A stretch of DNA of 39,235 nucleotides from Candidatus Aenigmatarchaeota archaeon (GTDB taxonomy: Archaea; Aenigmatarchaeota; Aenigmatarchaeia; GW2011-AR5; JACRAC01), in assembly GCA_016219465.1 (NCBI GenBank), contig JACRMW010000021.1:1-39235 (forward strand), written 5' to 3'. Below the pieces are notes generated by a model, which had not been told where the DNA came from, made no database searches, and was given only the letters and a program-made list of their open reading frames with translations. A program made the translations under genes and the position numbers. Below are positions 24,501 to 33,113 of this stretch, in pieces (positions within the stretch are counted from its first letter, which is position 1; each line of letters begins with the position of its first letter).

Positions 24501-27119
24501 CTACGTATTCTCAAAATATTTTGAGCCCTCGAGATATATAAACCCAATTAATGCAAGACCTGTTATTATTAGCCAATCTATTAATGCTATTGGAGTTGTA
24601 TAAAATATCTGGTTTGCAATTGGGCTGTAGATTATTATAGATTGCAAAACTAATGACACAAATAGAGCTGCCAATAACTTGCTGTTGTTGAATATTCTTT
24701 TTCCAACAGGCCTATCTATGTCCTGGATAGACAGGGCTGCAAATAACTCAAATACCACAATACCTGTAAATACAAGTGTCTGTATTTTTGCTATATTTGC
24801 AGGATTTGATTGCAATGACCAAATAAACAATCCTAATACACATATTGTCATTATTATTGGAAATCCTATGATATATTTCTTCAGTCCTTTGAGAATATTC
24901 TCGCCTTTGGGCCTTGGCGAGGAGACTATGATGTTCTTTCCAGCGCTATCTGCTGAAAGAGCAAGTGCTGGAATGCTATCTGTGACAAGATTTATCCAGA
25001 GCAGCTGGACTGCGGCCAAAGGAATTATAAAAGACAGGCCTGACAATGCGCCAATTAAGACTGCCAAGAATACTATCAATATTTCAGAAATATTGCCTGC
25101 CAACAGATAGGCCAATGATTTCTTGATGTTATTATATATCACTTTTGCATCTTCTACAGCATAAGCTATTGAACTAAACTTATTATCAGCCAATACAATG
25201 CCACTGGCTTCTTTTACCATATCTGCGCTGGTTCCTAATGCTATGCCAATATCTGCTTTCTTGAGAACAGCTGCATCATCAATATTATCTCCTGTCATTG
25301 CAATGACATTGTTTCTGCGCTTCAGGCTGTCTATTATTCTTAATTTATGAGAAGATGAAACCCTTGCATATATATTCACAATATCAATAATCTTGTCAAG
25401 CTCATTATCTGCCATCTTATCAAGTTCATTAGGTGTCAATATTTCTCCATCTATTCCAAGCCGGGTTGCAATAAATCCTGCTGTCTCTTTGTGATCTCCT
25501 GTTACTATGACAGTCCTTATGCCTGCTTCTTTGCATAGTTCTATTGATTGTTTTGCTTCTGTGCTGATTGGATTTGACATTGCCTGAAGACCTATGAAAA
25601 CAAGATCTGACTCTGACATGGACTGGCCTTTTTTGCATTTTCTTATTGCAAATGCCAGAATATGCATGCCATTCTTTGCAAAAATACTATTTGCAGCTAC
25701 TATCTGTTTTACATCGCTTATGACAATCTTTCGCACTCTTCCTGCTGTGTAAATATGGCTGCATTTCCTGATAACCTCTTCAAGCGCGCCTTTTGTATAT
25801 GATATTCTCTTTTTCCCAATATCATACAACACAGTCATTGTTTTCTTGCCAGAATCAAATGATAGCTCATCTAATTTTGTATATTGTTTTCTTAGATCAT
25901 CTATGCCTGCTTTTTTTCCAGCAACAAGAAGCGCCTGTTCTGCAGAATCTCCTGTTTTCCTGTCAATATCAGCATCATTGCACAGAATGCCTGCTGCTAA
26001 TAATAACTGGATGTCATTGTGTTTTTTAGGAGAAATTTCCCTGCCATTTAGCACAAATCTGCTGTCTGTGTCATATCCCTGGCCAGTGATGTGGATTATC
26101 CTGTCATCTATATAGAGATGCTTTACTGTCATTTGATTTATGGTAAGTGCTGTTGTATTAGCGCAAATAACAGTGGCGCTTCCAAGTTCTTCAATAGATG
26201 ACGACCTTGCTATTATGGCATTCTTATACATTCTTTCCATTCCTATTGCCAGGCTTGTTGCTGCAACAGCAGGCAGGGATTCTGGAACAGCTGCAACAGC
26301 AAGTGCTATTGCTAATAGCAGAATTGCGCTAAGAGCAATTCCATTTAGCCATCCTATTGCAAAGACTATTACAGACAATAATATGAATACTATCCCAAGA
26401 CTTGTTCCTAATCTCTCAAGTGTTTTCTGCAAATAGACTTCTGGCTGCACATCTACAGCAATGTTTGCAATTTCTGTTGTCATTCCAGTGGAAACTACAA
26501 CTGCTTTGCACTGGCCATAGACAATTGTTGTGCCAGAATATAGCATGTTGCTTCTTTCAGCAACAGGACAATCTTTGATAACAGCTGCTGTCTTTGATAC
26601 AACAGAAATATTGTTTGTTAACAAGGATTCATCTGTCTTGAGATTCAGGTGTTCTATTATTCTCATGTCAGCAGCGACTTTATTGCCTGTTTTCAACATG
26701 ACAATATCACCAGGAACAAGATCTGATACTGGAATACTAACAAGCTGGCTGTTTCTCATTGCATCTATTCTAGGCATATTTATTCTGCCAACAATGTCTA
26801 ATGCATTTTCTGCTCTCTTTTCCTGAACAGCTCCTATCAAAGCATTCAGCAGTATTATGACAAGTATGACTGATGCGCCTATAAATTCGCCGAGAAATGC
26901 AGTTATAATAACTGCTATAATAAGTATCAGAACTAGTATTGACTTAAACTGTTCTAAAAAGAAATCAAAGAACGTCTTTTCCTGGGTTTCCAGAATATTC
27001 TTCCCATGCCTCTCCTGTCTGATAGATGCTTCATAATCAGTTATTCCTTGTTCCTTTGTATTCAGTCTTCTTAGAACCTCTTGTATTCTCAGAGTGTGCC
27101 ATTTTATATCTTTAGCCAT
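24501..27119 (-). CDS. P2-type cation P-type ATPase homologue with degenerate catalytic motifs
   Basis: Cation_ATPase_N-like start, M4 AVPESLP, KGALE, VTGDH, MTGDNIDDAAVLKKADIG and M6 LLWINLVTDS are present. However DKTGT is replaced by ICANTTALT, and TGES by TNNI. Confidence 0.85.
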   Translation of the reverse strand: MAKDIKWHTLRIQEVLRRLNTKEQGITDYEASIRQERHGKNILETQEKTFFDFFLEQFKSILVLILIIAVIITAFLGEFIGASVILVIILLNALIGAVQEKRAENALDIVGRINMPRIDAMRNSQLVSIPVSDLVPGDIVMLKTGNKVAADMRIIEHLNLKTDESLLTNNISVVSKTAAVIKDCPVAERSNMLYSGTTIVYGQCKAVVVSTGMTTEIANIAVDVQPEVYLQKTLERLGTSLGIVFILLSVIVFAIGWLNGIALSAILLLAIALAVAAVPESLPAVAATSLAIGMERMYKNAIIARSSSIEELGSATVICANTTALTINQMTVKHLYIDDRIIHITGQGYDTDSRFVLNGREISPKKHNDIQLLLAAGILCNDADIDRKTGDSAEQALLVAGKKAGIDDLRKQYTKLDELSFDSGKKTMTVLYDIGKKRISYTKGALEEVIRKCSHIYTAGRVRKIVISDVKQIVAANSIFAKNGMHILAFAIRKCKKGQSMSESDLVFIGLQAMSNPISTEAKQSIELCKEAGIRTVIVTGDHKETAGFIATRLGIDGEILTPNELDKMADNELDKIIDIVNIYARVSSSHKLRIIDSLKRRNNVIAMTGDNIDDAAVLKKADIGIALGTSADMVKEASGIVLADNKFSSIAYAVEDAKVIYNNIKKSLAYLLAGNISEILIVFLAVLIGALSGLSFIIPLAAVQLLWINLVTDSIPALALSADSAGKNIIVSSPRPKGENILKGLKKYIIGFPIIMTICVLGLFIWSLQSNPANIAKIQTLVFTGIVVFELFAALSIQDIDRPVGKRIFNNSKLLAALFVSLVLQSIIIYSPIANQIFYTTPIALIDWLIITGLALIGFIYLEGSKYFENT

Positions 27120-27242
27120 TTACCAGACCCTATATTGGTATTGAGTCTGAAAGAATTAAAACAGGACTGAAAAACCTGAGTTTGACAGATAATTTTTCAG
27201 AAGCATTGTTTCTCAAGTGCATATTATTAAGCAGCTATACTC

Positions 27243-27414
27243 AAAGACATTAATTTTTGTATAAATAATGTCTTTTGTATAGCGAGCCAACAAAGTAATC
27301 ATGTATAATATTTTTTTGTTGCTCGCTATAAGTGAACCAAGACATTTTACTTGGTTCACTATATATACTGAATAACATAATTATTGGTAATATTATTAAT
27401 ATGTCATTCAGTAT
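27243..27414. repeat. four consecutive hairpins directly 3' of the surface-protein gene
   Basis: aaagacatta/taatgtcttt; tatagcgagc(c)aacaaa/tttgttgctcgctata; agtgaaccaag/cttggttcact; atactgaataacat/atgtcattcagtat. Confidence 0.8.
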
Positions 27415-30400
27415 ACATAGCTTGCTCTATAGACATTTCCCTGGTCATCAATTATCCATCCTGTTGAAGAATCAATAAAATCCATGCTTCTGAATCTTGT
27501 ATTTGTTCCTGATGATTGTTGGGTCCAGGTTGTTCCACCATTTGTTGTGTTTAATATAATCCCACTCTCGCCAGCTATCCATCCTATATCTGAGTTGATA
27601 AAACGGGCATTACGCAATACAGCTGTTACACCAGATGATTGTTGGGTCCAGGTTGTTCCGCTATTTGTTGTTTTCAGGATTGCTCCGCTATATCCAACTA
27701 TCCAGCCTGTGTTTGAATCTATGAAATAAAAATTCAGAGGATATGCAGTTCCAATAGATTGCTGAGTCCAGGTTGTTCCGCCATTTGTTGTTTTATATAC
27801 ACTATTATCAGAAAGTAGCCATCCTGTATTTGAATCAATGAACTGAATATTGTTATAATTGTTATTTGTTCCTGTAGGCAGTTGTGTCCAGGTTGTTCCG
27901 CTATTTGTTGTTTTCAGGACAGTTCCTCCATATCCAACTGCCCAGCCTGTGTTTGAGTTTATGAAATAGACATCAATAAGATAGTTAGATGTTCCTGATG
28001 ATTGTGATGTCCATGTAACGCCGCCATTTGTTGTCTTTAGAATTGCTCCAGTTGCGCCAACTGCCCAGCCTGTATTTGAATCTATGAAAAAAACATTGTA
28101 AAGATATGCTGATCCAGAAGACTGTCTTGTCCATGTAGCGCCACTGTCTATTGTCTTGAATATATTTGCTCCGCCAGCAATCCAGCCTGTGTTTGAATCT
28201 GTAAAATCAATTCCAACAGCTGCAAAATTAATTGATGTTCCTCCTATTCTTGACCAAGTATTTGCAATAGGTGTTGTTACAGATTCTGTACTGCTAGTGT
28301 TTGATGAACTGGATGAAGATGATGACGAACTGCTTGATGATGAGCTGGTTTGCTGGACAGTGCATAATGCTATATCATTGATATCTGTTGATTCTGCTGT
28401 TGACGGACAGAATTCCATTGATTTGTTTCCTAATGGTGCCAGGAATTCAGAATATCTTGCATTTACACGTCCTCCTCTTCGTGTATCCTCTGCCCGCGTG
28501 CCTGCAATAACTAATGCATATTTTCCTCTGTAGTGTGTTGCATGAACTATTACAAAATTCCTTCCTGGCCATTCTTGCCCCAAGCCAGGTGTTGCTGCAC
28601 TGCATTTGTATGGGAAATCTCCAAGACTGGCAAGCATTGAAACATCATCATTTACACAAGGCCCTCCTACTAGTATAATATTATCTGTTCTTGGTGTTGT
28701 TGCATGTTCTGTATCTAATCGTGATGTAGTTATACCTTCTGTACCTGAAACATCTATACCAGCTATGTTGTCAGAAGCAGCTGCTCTTTCACCTATAACT
28801 GTCTTAAAACCATATGAATTTCCTGTTCTTAATATAAGATTATCCATGACAGTGATTGCATAAGGCTGTATTGAAACTTCTACAACAGTGTCCTGACCAG
28901 CTGTTATTGAAACATCTTGTTCAGAAGTTTCATATCCAGATAAATCAAGCTTAAGCCTATGGGTTCCTGGATTAATTCCTGGAATTGTAATGCCCTCGCT
29001 TCTTGTTAGTTCACTATGTGTTGCAAATGCAGTTATGCTGCTGGCTCGTGTGCTTGCTGTTGCACCATCTGGCCATGTTCTTACAACAAGCCTTCCTTGT
29101 GTAGGAGAGCAGCTGCTTGAGCTTTCAGGAGGGGTGTTTCTCAGACTAGTGTATAAATTATCAACACCACATGTTCCTGAATATACAACATTTCTGGTTT
29201 GTGTTGTAGGCACATCTGTTGGACAATTCAATGGATTCCATGTTCCTCGTGTCCATGAGTTTACGCAGCAGGTTTCTGATGATATTGGCCTGTTTGCATC
29301 TGCAAGACATTGTGGATTATTCTTTACAGGTGTTCTTGCTCTTGTATATGTTACAGTGCCATCACTGCTAGTGCACTGACCCCATGTTTCTGGTGTCCAT
29401 GAATCTGTGCAGCTTATTGAAAGAGTGAATGAAACATCAACCAACTGGCCTGGATTGACAGACACTATTGATGATTCTGCGCTGAATTCTGATCTTGATG
29501 CCCTGACAGTGTATGTTTTTGCAGCTCCTATTGGATTTGATGAAAGATCTATTCTTGCAATTCCTGCTGCATTTGTCTGTGTTGTTGCCAATAAAGCAGC
29601 GCCTTCATAGACCTCTATTGTTGATATAAAATCATTATAATATGTTCCTTGTGGATGTGTTACAGTGACACGGATTGAATTTGTATTGTTTATTAGTGTG
29701 AATGATCTTGAGAGTGTCCTGCCAAATGATACATCATCTGCGCTTATTGCAACAGAGCCTGCTGCATCATAAAAACCTGTTTTTGATAATCTTATAGAAT
29801 GAGTTCCTTGCTGAACAATTGCGCTTGCTGTTGAAGTTCCTATTAATGAATTGTCAATATAGACAGATGCCTCGCTTGGTGTTGATGATACTGACAATGC
29901 TGCTCCTGTTGCAGCGCATGCGCAAACGCCTGCAGAATCTCTTGTTATCAATACACTTGTTCTTGAGAATTGGCTGCAGGTTGCAGGAGTCTTTAGCATA
30001 TCTATAGCGCATAATAATGTATCAGAAGATCCTGCTATTGCATATAATCTTCTGTTTGTTTCATCAATATAAACCAGTGCATTGTTTGAAGAATATCTTG
30101 AATTAAATCCATTAACAGCTGTGCTTAGAAATGAATCTGTTGATGCTGCCTTTGAAAGAACTATGATATCTGTTATTCCAGAAGATACCTCGTTTGTAAA
30201 TTTGCTGCTTGTTATTCTGTACACGCCTGCAAGCTCATTTGTCCTTGATTGTTCTCTTGATGAAATGCCTGTTTCCAAAACTATTGTATAAGGAGCAGGA
30301 GTTGTTCTAGCATCCTGCATAAAGCCATCTATTCCAGAGCCGATTGCATATATTTGCCCTGCTGGCGCGCTCTTGTCTCCTGCAGGAACTGATAAAAGAG

Positions 30401-30545
30401 AAGCTGCTATCAATATGCCAACAATAATAATGCCAAATAAAAGGGTTATCGGATTTTGCCATGGATTCTTTCCAATAGGCTTGGATATTTTCCTAAATAC
30501 TCTGATATTCTTCTGTCTAGACACAATAGTCTTTTTCTTAGCCAT
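27408..30545 (-). CDS. large surface protein: N-terminal TM anchor, S-layer-like domain, PEGA-like domains, poly-Ser linker, C-terminal BNR/Ycf48-like beta-propeller
   Basis: IILVGGPCVNDD...VIAGTRAEDTRR (S-layer N-domain-like). GTHSIRLSKTGFYD and GTHRLKLDLSGYE (PEGA-like). A run of 14 Ser. Six repeats of K-T-T-N-G/S-G-T-T-W-T-Q-Q-S (Asp-box-like), with a period of about 40 aa. Confidence 0.75.
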   Translation of the reverse strand: MAKKKTIVSRQKNIRVFRKISKPIGKNPWQNPITLLFGIIIVGILIAASLLSVPAGDKSAPAGQIYAIGSGIDGFMQDARTTPAPYTIVLETGISSREQSRTNELAGVYRITSSKFTNEVSSGITDIIVLSKAASTDSFLSTAVNGFNSRYSSNNALVYIDETNRRLYAIAGSSDTLLCAIDMLKTPATCSQFSRTSVLITRDSAGVCACAATGAALSVSSTPSEASVYIDNSLIGTSTASAIVQQGTHSIRLSKTGFYDAAGSVAISADDVSFGRTLSRSFTLINNTNSIRVTVTHPQGTYYNDFISTIEVYEGAALLATTQTNAAGIARIDLSSNPIGAAKTYTVRASRSEFSAESSIVSVNPGQLVDVSFTLSISCTDSWTPETWGQCTSSDGTVTYTRARTPVKNNPQCLADANRPISSETCCVNSWTRGTWNPLNCPTDVPTTQTRNVVYSGTCGVDNLYTSLRNTPPESSSSCSPTQGRLVVRTWPDGATASTRASSITAFATHSELTRSEGITIPGINPGTHRLKLDLSGYETSEQDVSITAGQDTVVEVSIQPYAITVMDNLILRTGNSYGFKTVIGERAAASDNIAGIDVSGTEGITTSRLDTEHATTPRTDNIILVGGPCVNDDVSMLASLGDFPYKCSAATPGLGQEWPGRNFVIVHATHYRGKYALVIAGTRAEDTRRGGRVNARYSEFLAPLGNKSMEFCPSTAESTDINDIALCTVQQTSSSSSSSSSSSSSSSNTSSTESVTTPIANTWSRIGGTSINFAAVGIDFTDSNTGWIAGGANIFKTIDSGATWTRQSSGSAYLYNVFFIDSNTGWAVGATGAILKTTNGGVTWTSQSSGTSNYLIDVYFINSNTGWAVGYGGTVLKTTNSGTTWTQLPTGTNNNYNNIQFIDSNTGWLLSDNSVYKTTNGGTTWTQQSIGTAYPLNFYFIDSNTGWIVGYSGAILKTTNSGTTWTQQSSGVTAVLRNARFINSDIGWIAGESGIILNTTNGGTTWTQQSSGTNTRFRSMDFIDSSTGWIIDDQGNVYRASYVY

Positions 30546-30567
30546 CTATATCAAATAATATTTGTTG

Positions 30568-31509
30568 TTATTTGGTATATATAGATTTTTTTCTCCTCCT
30601 GTATATTGCCACACTTATCAGCAATGCAGCAATAATAACAATAACTGCAATAAATAGAATATAATCCGGCTGCGCAGCCATTGCTGCTGGCAATGAGACT
30701 ATTGGAGAGAGTTTGCCAGTATCTTTATTCTGGGGTTCTTGATAAACTGTTTTGTTCTCAGTCTTCAATGGCTCTTCTGGCAATATGATATCTGTTTTAT
30801 CTGATGTTGTATTGCTGGATTTGTTTTCAGTATTATTAATTATCTCAACCCCTCCTGAATATCCACTTCCAGATAAAGGAGATATATCATTCTCTGCCGG
30901 CGCAGTGTATAAACGACACCCTGCTCCTATTTCTGTTATAACAACAAGACTGGCAAAATCTTTGCATTCCAGTGTCTTGAGAAGATTTATTGTGTATATC
31001 AATGCATCTGACGAGCCTCCTAATATTGTCAGCTGTCTTTTTTCCTCGCTAAGGATTACAATGGATTCATCATCTGGATTGTTCCTGATGCTCTTTGCGC
31101 TGTCTAGTATAGGATCTAATGAATCCTCTTTTCCAATCATGATAATATCTTTTACGCTGTTAAAGTCTTTCTCAGAAAGAAATCTACTGCTGCTTATTTT
31201 ATATGTTCCTGCGAATTCATTGATTCTCACCTGTTCTTTTGCTATGATAGTATTTCCGAGGGCTATGATATATGAATCATCAGAACCTGTTATAAACCCG
31301 CGGATGCCTGATCCTGGTTCATAATAGTTTCCTGTTATGATAGCAAAATCTCCTTGCAAAGATTTAGGAAGAGATTTTGCTATATCATGACTAATCCTGG
31401 TAGAATCGGTTATATTCCCTGTTATAATAAAAGGCGCAACTAATATCACAGCCAACAACACAAGGCCTGCAATGATTACATAGGCATTGTCCCATGGGTG
31501 GTTTTTCAT
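30568..31509 (-). CDS. surface protein with N-terminal anchor and C-terminal TM; paralogue of the N-terminal domain of the upstream 1045-aa protein
   Basis: GSGIRGF...EQVRINEFAGTYKISSSRF...LTILGGSSDALIYTINLLKT aligns with GSGIDGF...EQSRTNELAGVYRITSSKF...LYAIAGSSDTLLCAIDMLKT. ATG (MKNHPWD) at 31509. Confidence 0.6.
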   Translation of the reverse strand: MKNHPWDNAYVIIAGLVLLAVILVAPFIITGNITDSTRISHDIAKSLPKSLQGDFAIITGNYYEPGSGIRGFITGSDDSYIIALGNTIIAKEQVRINEFAGTYKISSSRFLSEKDFNSVKDIIMIGKEDSLDPILDSAKSIRNNPDDESIVILSEEKRQLTILGGSSDALIYTINLLKTLECKDFASLVVITEIGAGCRLYTAPAENDISPLSGSGYSGGVEIINNTENKSSNTTSDKTDIILPEEPLKTENKTVYQEPQNKDTGKLSPIVSLPAAMAAQPDYILFIAVIVIIAALLISVAIYRRRKKSIYTK

Positions 31510-31531
31510 TTTTATCAACTTAGTCTTGTTA

Positions 31532-31810
31532 AAATGACTTTCTTCGAAAGTCGTTTTGTTCTTGTATAGGAAAGTATATGACATATTATTATTTCCATTG
31601 CAAGACACGCAGAAAGCAAAGCTTTCTGGTGCACCAAACAACGTATGTTGTTTGTGTGTTTAGAGGAATTGCGAAGCAATTCCTCTTTGTTCTTGTAAAT
31701 AAAGTATAGACTTTATCTTCATGGTGAACATGTGTTCACCTGAAGATTCAGGTCAGCTTTGCTGACCATAATCTGCAACATTGTGGACTTTCGAAGAAAG
31801 TCCACTTTCT
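31532..31810. repeat. compound array: flip-loop hairpin (31532-31563), H2 inverted copy (31611-31686) and H1 copy C (31701-31810)
   Basis: ggtgaacatgtgttcacc (31723-31740), ggtcagctttgctgacc (31751-31767), gtggactttcgaagaaagtccac (31783-31805). Confidence 0.9.
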
Positions 31811-31831
31811 AGCTCGTGTTGTTCGCTTGAA

Positions 31832-32692
31832 TCAAAAACTTCCTGGTATAGTAATCTCTAGATAATATCCAAAAAAGATTAATGCAATAGCTATGCAGAA
31901 CAGGAATGTTGCTTCAAGTATGTCTTCTTCTCTGCGGCTGACCAGTATGCCGCCTGCAACAGCTGCCAGCAGATAGGCCATGATTTCTACAATAGTATGG
32001 GGTATATATGACATGAGATTTGCATAGAACGGCGCAACAGCTGTATTTCCATATATCATGACTTTGAGTGGAGCTCCGTACATCACGCCTGCTATGCTTG
32101 CATTATAGCTTAACACAAAGATAGATCCTGCTCCATAGAATATTGAGAGCGCGAATGCCACAAAAACAAGAATCAGATTATTTATCAATATTTCTGCATA
32201 AGGCAATGTGAAATTTCCTGCAGGACCTGCTCCAAATAATGCAAGCTGCTGGGAAAATGCTGGCTGGCTTATTTCAGTAGGCAGGACTGAGAATAATATT
32301 GCATAAATCATTGCCATTCCAAAAAAAAGCATAAGATAAAATGTCATGAGTTTTTCATGCTTCTTTATTATAGATGTGAATGATTTTGCAGTGAAGTTCT
32401 GGGTAGTTGCCTGTTCTCTGGGTCTGTCTTTTGTATAGCTATGCAATATCAGAACCAGGAAGGGCAGTATAAACAATGATCCAAATGCCAGAATAGCCAT
32501 GCTAAATGATGAAGAGAATATGAAAAAAGCCACGATAAACCCAAGCAGGATAAAAAATCCTCCTATTGCAAATCCAAATCCAGGGTTTTTTGCAGCACTT
32601 TCAGGAGGAATGAATTTCATGAAGATGAGCGGCAGGGCTATAACACTTATTCCAAATACCAATAATGAAAATATATTGAATTCAAGCGCCAT
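31832..32692 (-). CDS. polytopic membrane protein, DUF95/SpoIIM-like
   Basis: About 7 TM helices. YIPHTIVEIMAYLLAAVAGG resembles the DUF95 PHGxxE motif. Confidence 0.5.
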   Translation of the reverse strand: MALEFNIFSLLVFGISVIALPLIFMKFIPPESAAKNPGFGFAIGGFFILLGFIVAFFIFSSSFSMAILAFGSLFILPFLVLILHSYTKDRPREQATTQNFTAKSFTSIIKKHEKLMTFYLMLFFGMAMIYAILFSVLPTEISQPAFSQQLALFGAGPAGNFTLPYAEILINNLILVFVAFALSIFYGAGSIFVLSYNASIAGVMYGAPLKVMIYGNTAVAPFYANLMSYIPHTIVEIMAYLLAAVAGGILVSRREEDILEATFLFCIAIALIFFGYYLEITIPGSF

Positions 32693-32742
32693 AATATATT
32701 CTCGTCCAGCAAAATAACTCGGTATATATTTGCTAGACTAAA

Positions 32743-32859
32743 TATAGTCATCCCATAAAACAATCAAGATTGTTTTATGGGGCGACAGTACATGCAGAAG
32801 CATAGCTTCTGCTATATATTCAACCACATTCATTAACCGAATTGTTCATGTGGTTGAAT
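32743..32859. repeat. array of three hairpins; the first module is shared with 6815-6860
   Basis: cccataaaacaat/attgttttatggg (13 bp); gcagaagc/gcttctgc; attcaaccacat/atgtggttgaat (12 bp). Confidence 0.85.
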
Positions 32860-32958
32860 ATAATTATAGAATTGGGTTTAATATATGTTTTTGCGAGTTA
32901 TGCGACATCTAGAATTATCTTTCTGCTTCTCTATACAACCTATGTTCTTTAAAAATAG

Positions 32959-33056
32959 AGGACTTTGAATAACATGTGTTTTGGTCAAAGTCCTTATTGA
33001 GAACTTTCACATGGTGTACACAAAGACCTTTAGTCTTTGTGTACAGCGTGTAAAAA
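32959..33056 (+). repeat. hairpin repeat family H6, copy 2
   Basis: About 75 nt are identical to 11751-11825, including the 13-bp hairpin at 33015-33045. Confidence 0.9.
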
Positions 33057-33113
33057 TATCTGCCAGAAAATGTATAACCATCCACTACATAGCCTATAGA
33101 GATATGCCTTATT

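Noticed and set aside
28296-28345. Poly-Ser tract as a DNA microsatellite
   Set aside because: The codons are mixed (tga/gga/aga/cga complements), so it is not a perfect trinucleotide repeat. It is best read as a coding linker.
31510-31641. 44-aa N-terminal extension of the 30568 surface protein
   Set aside because: It is encoded by repeat hairpins (31532-31563 and the edge of H2). The signal-anchor begins at the ATG at 31509.
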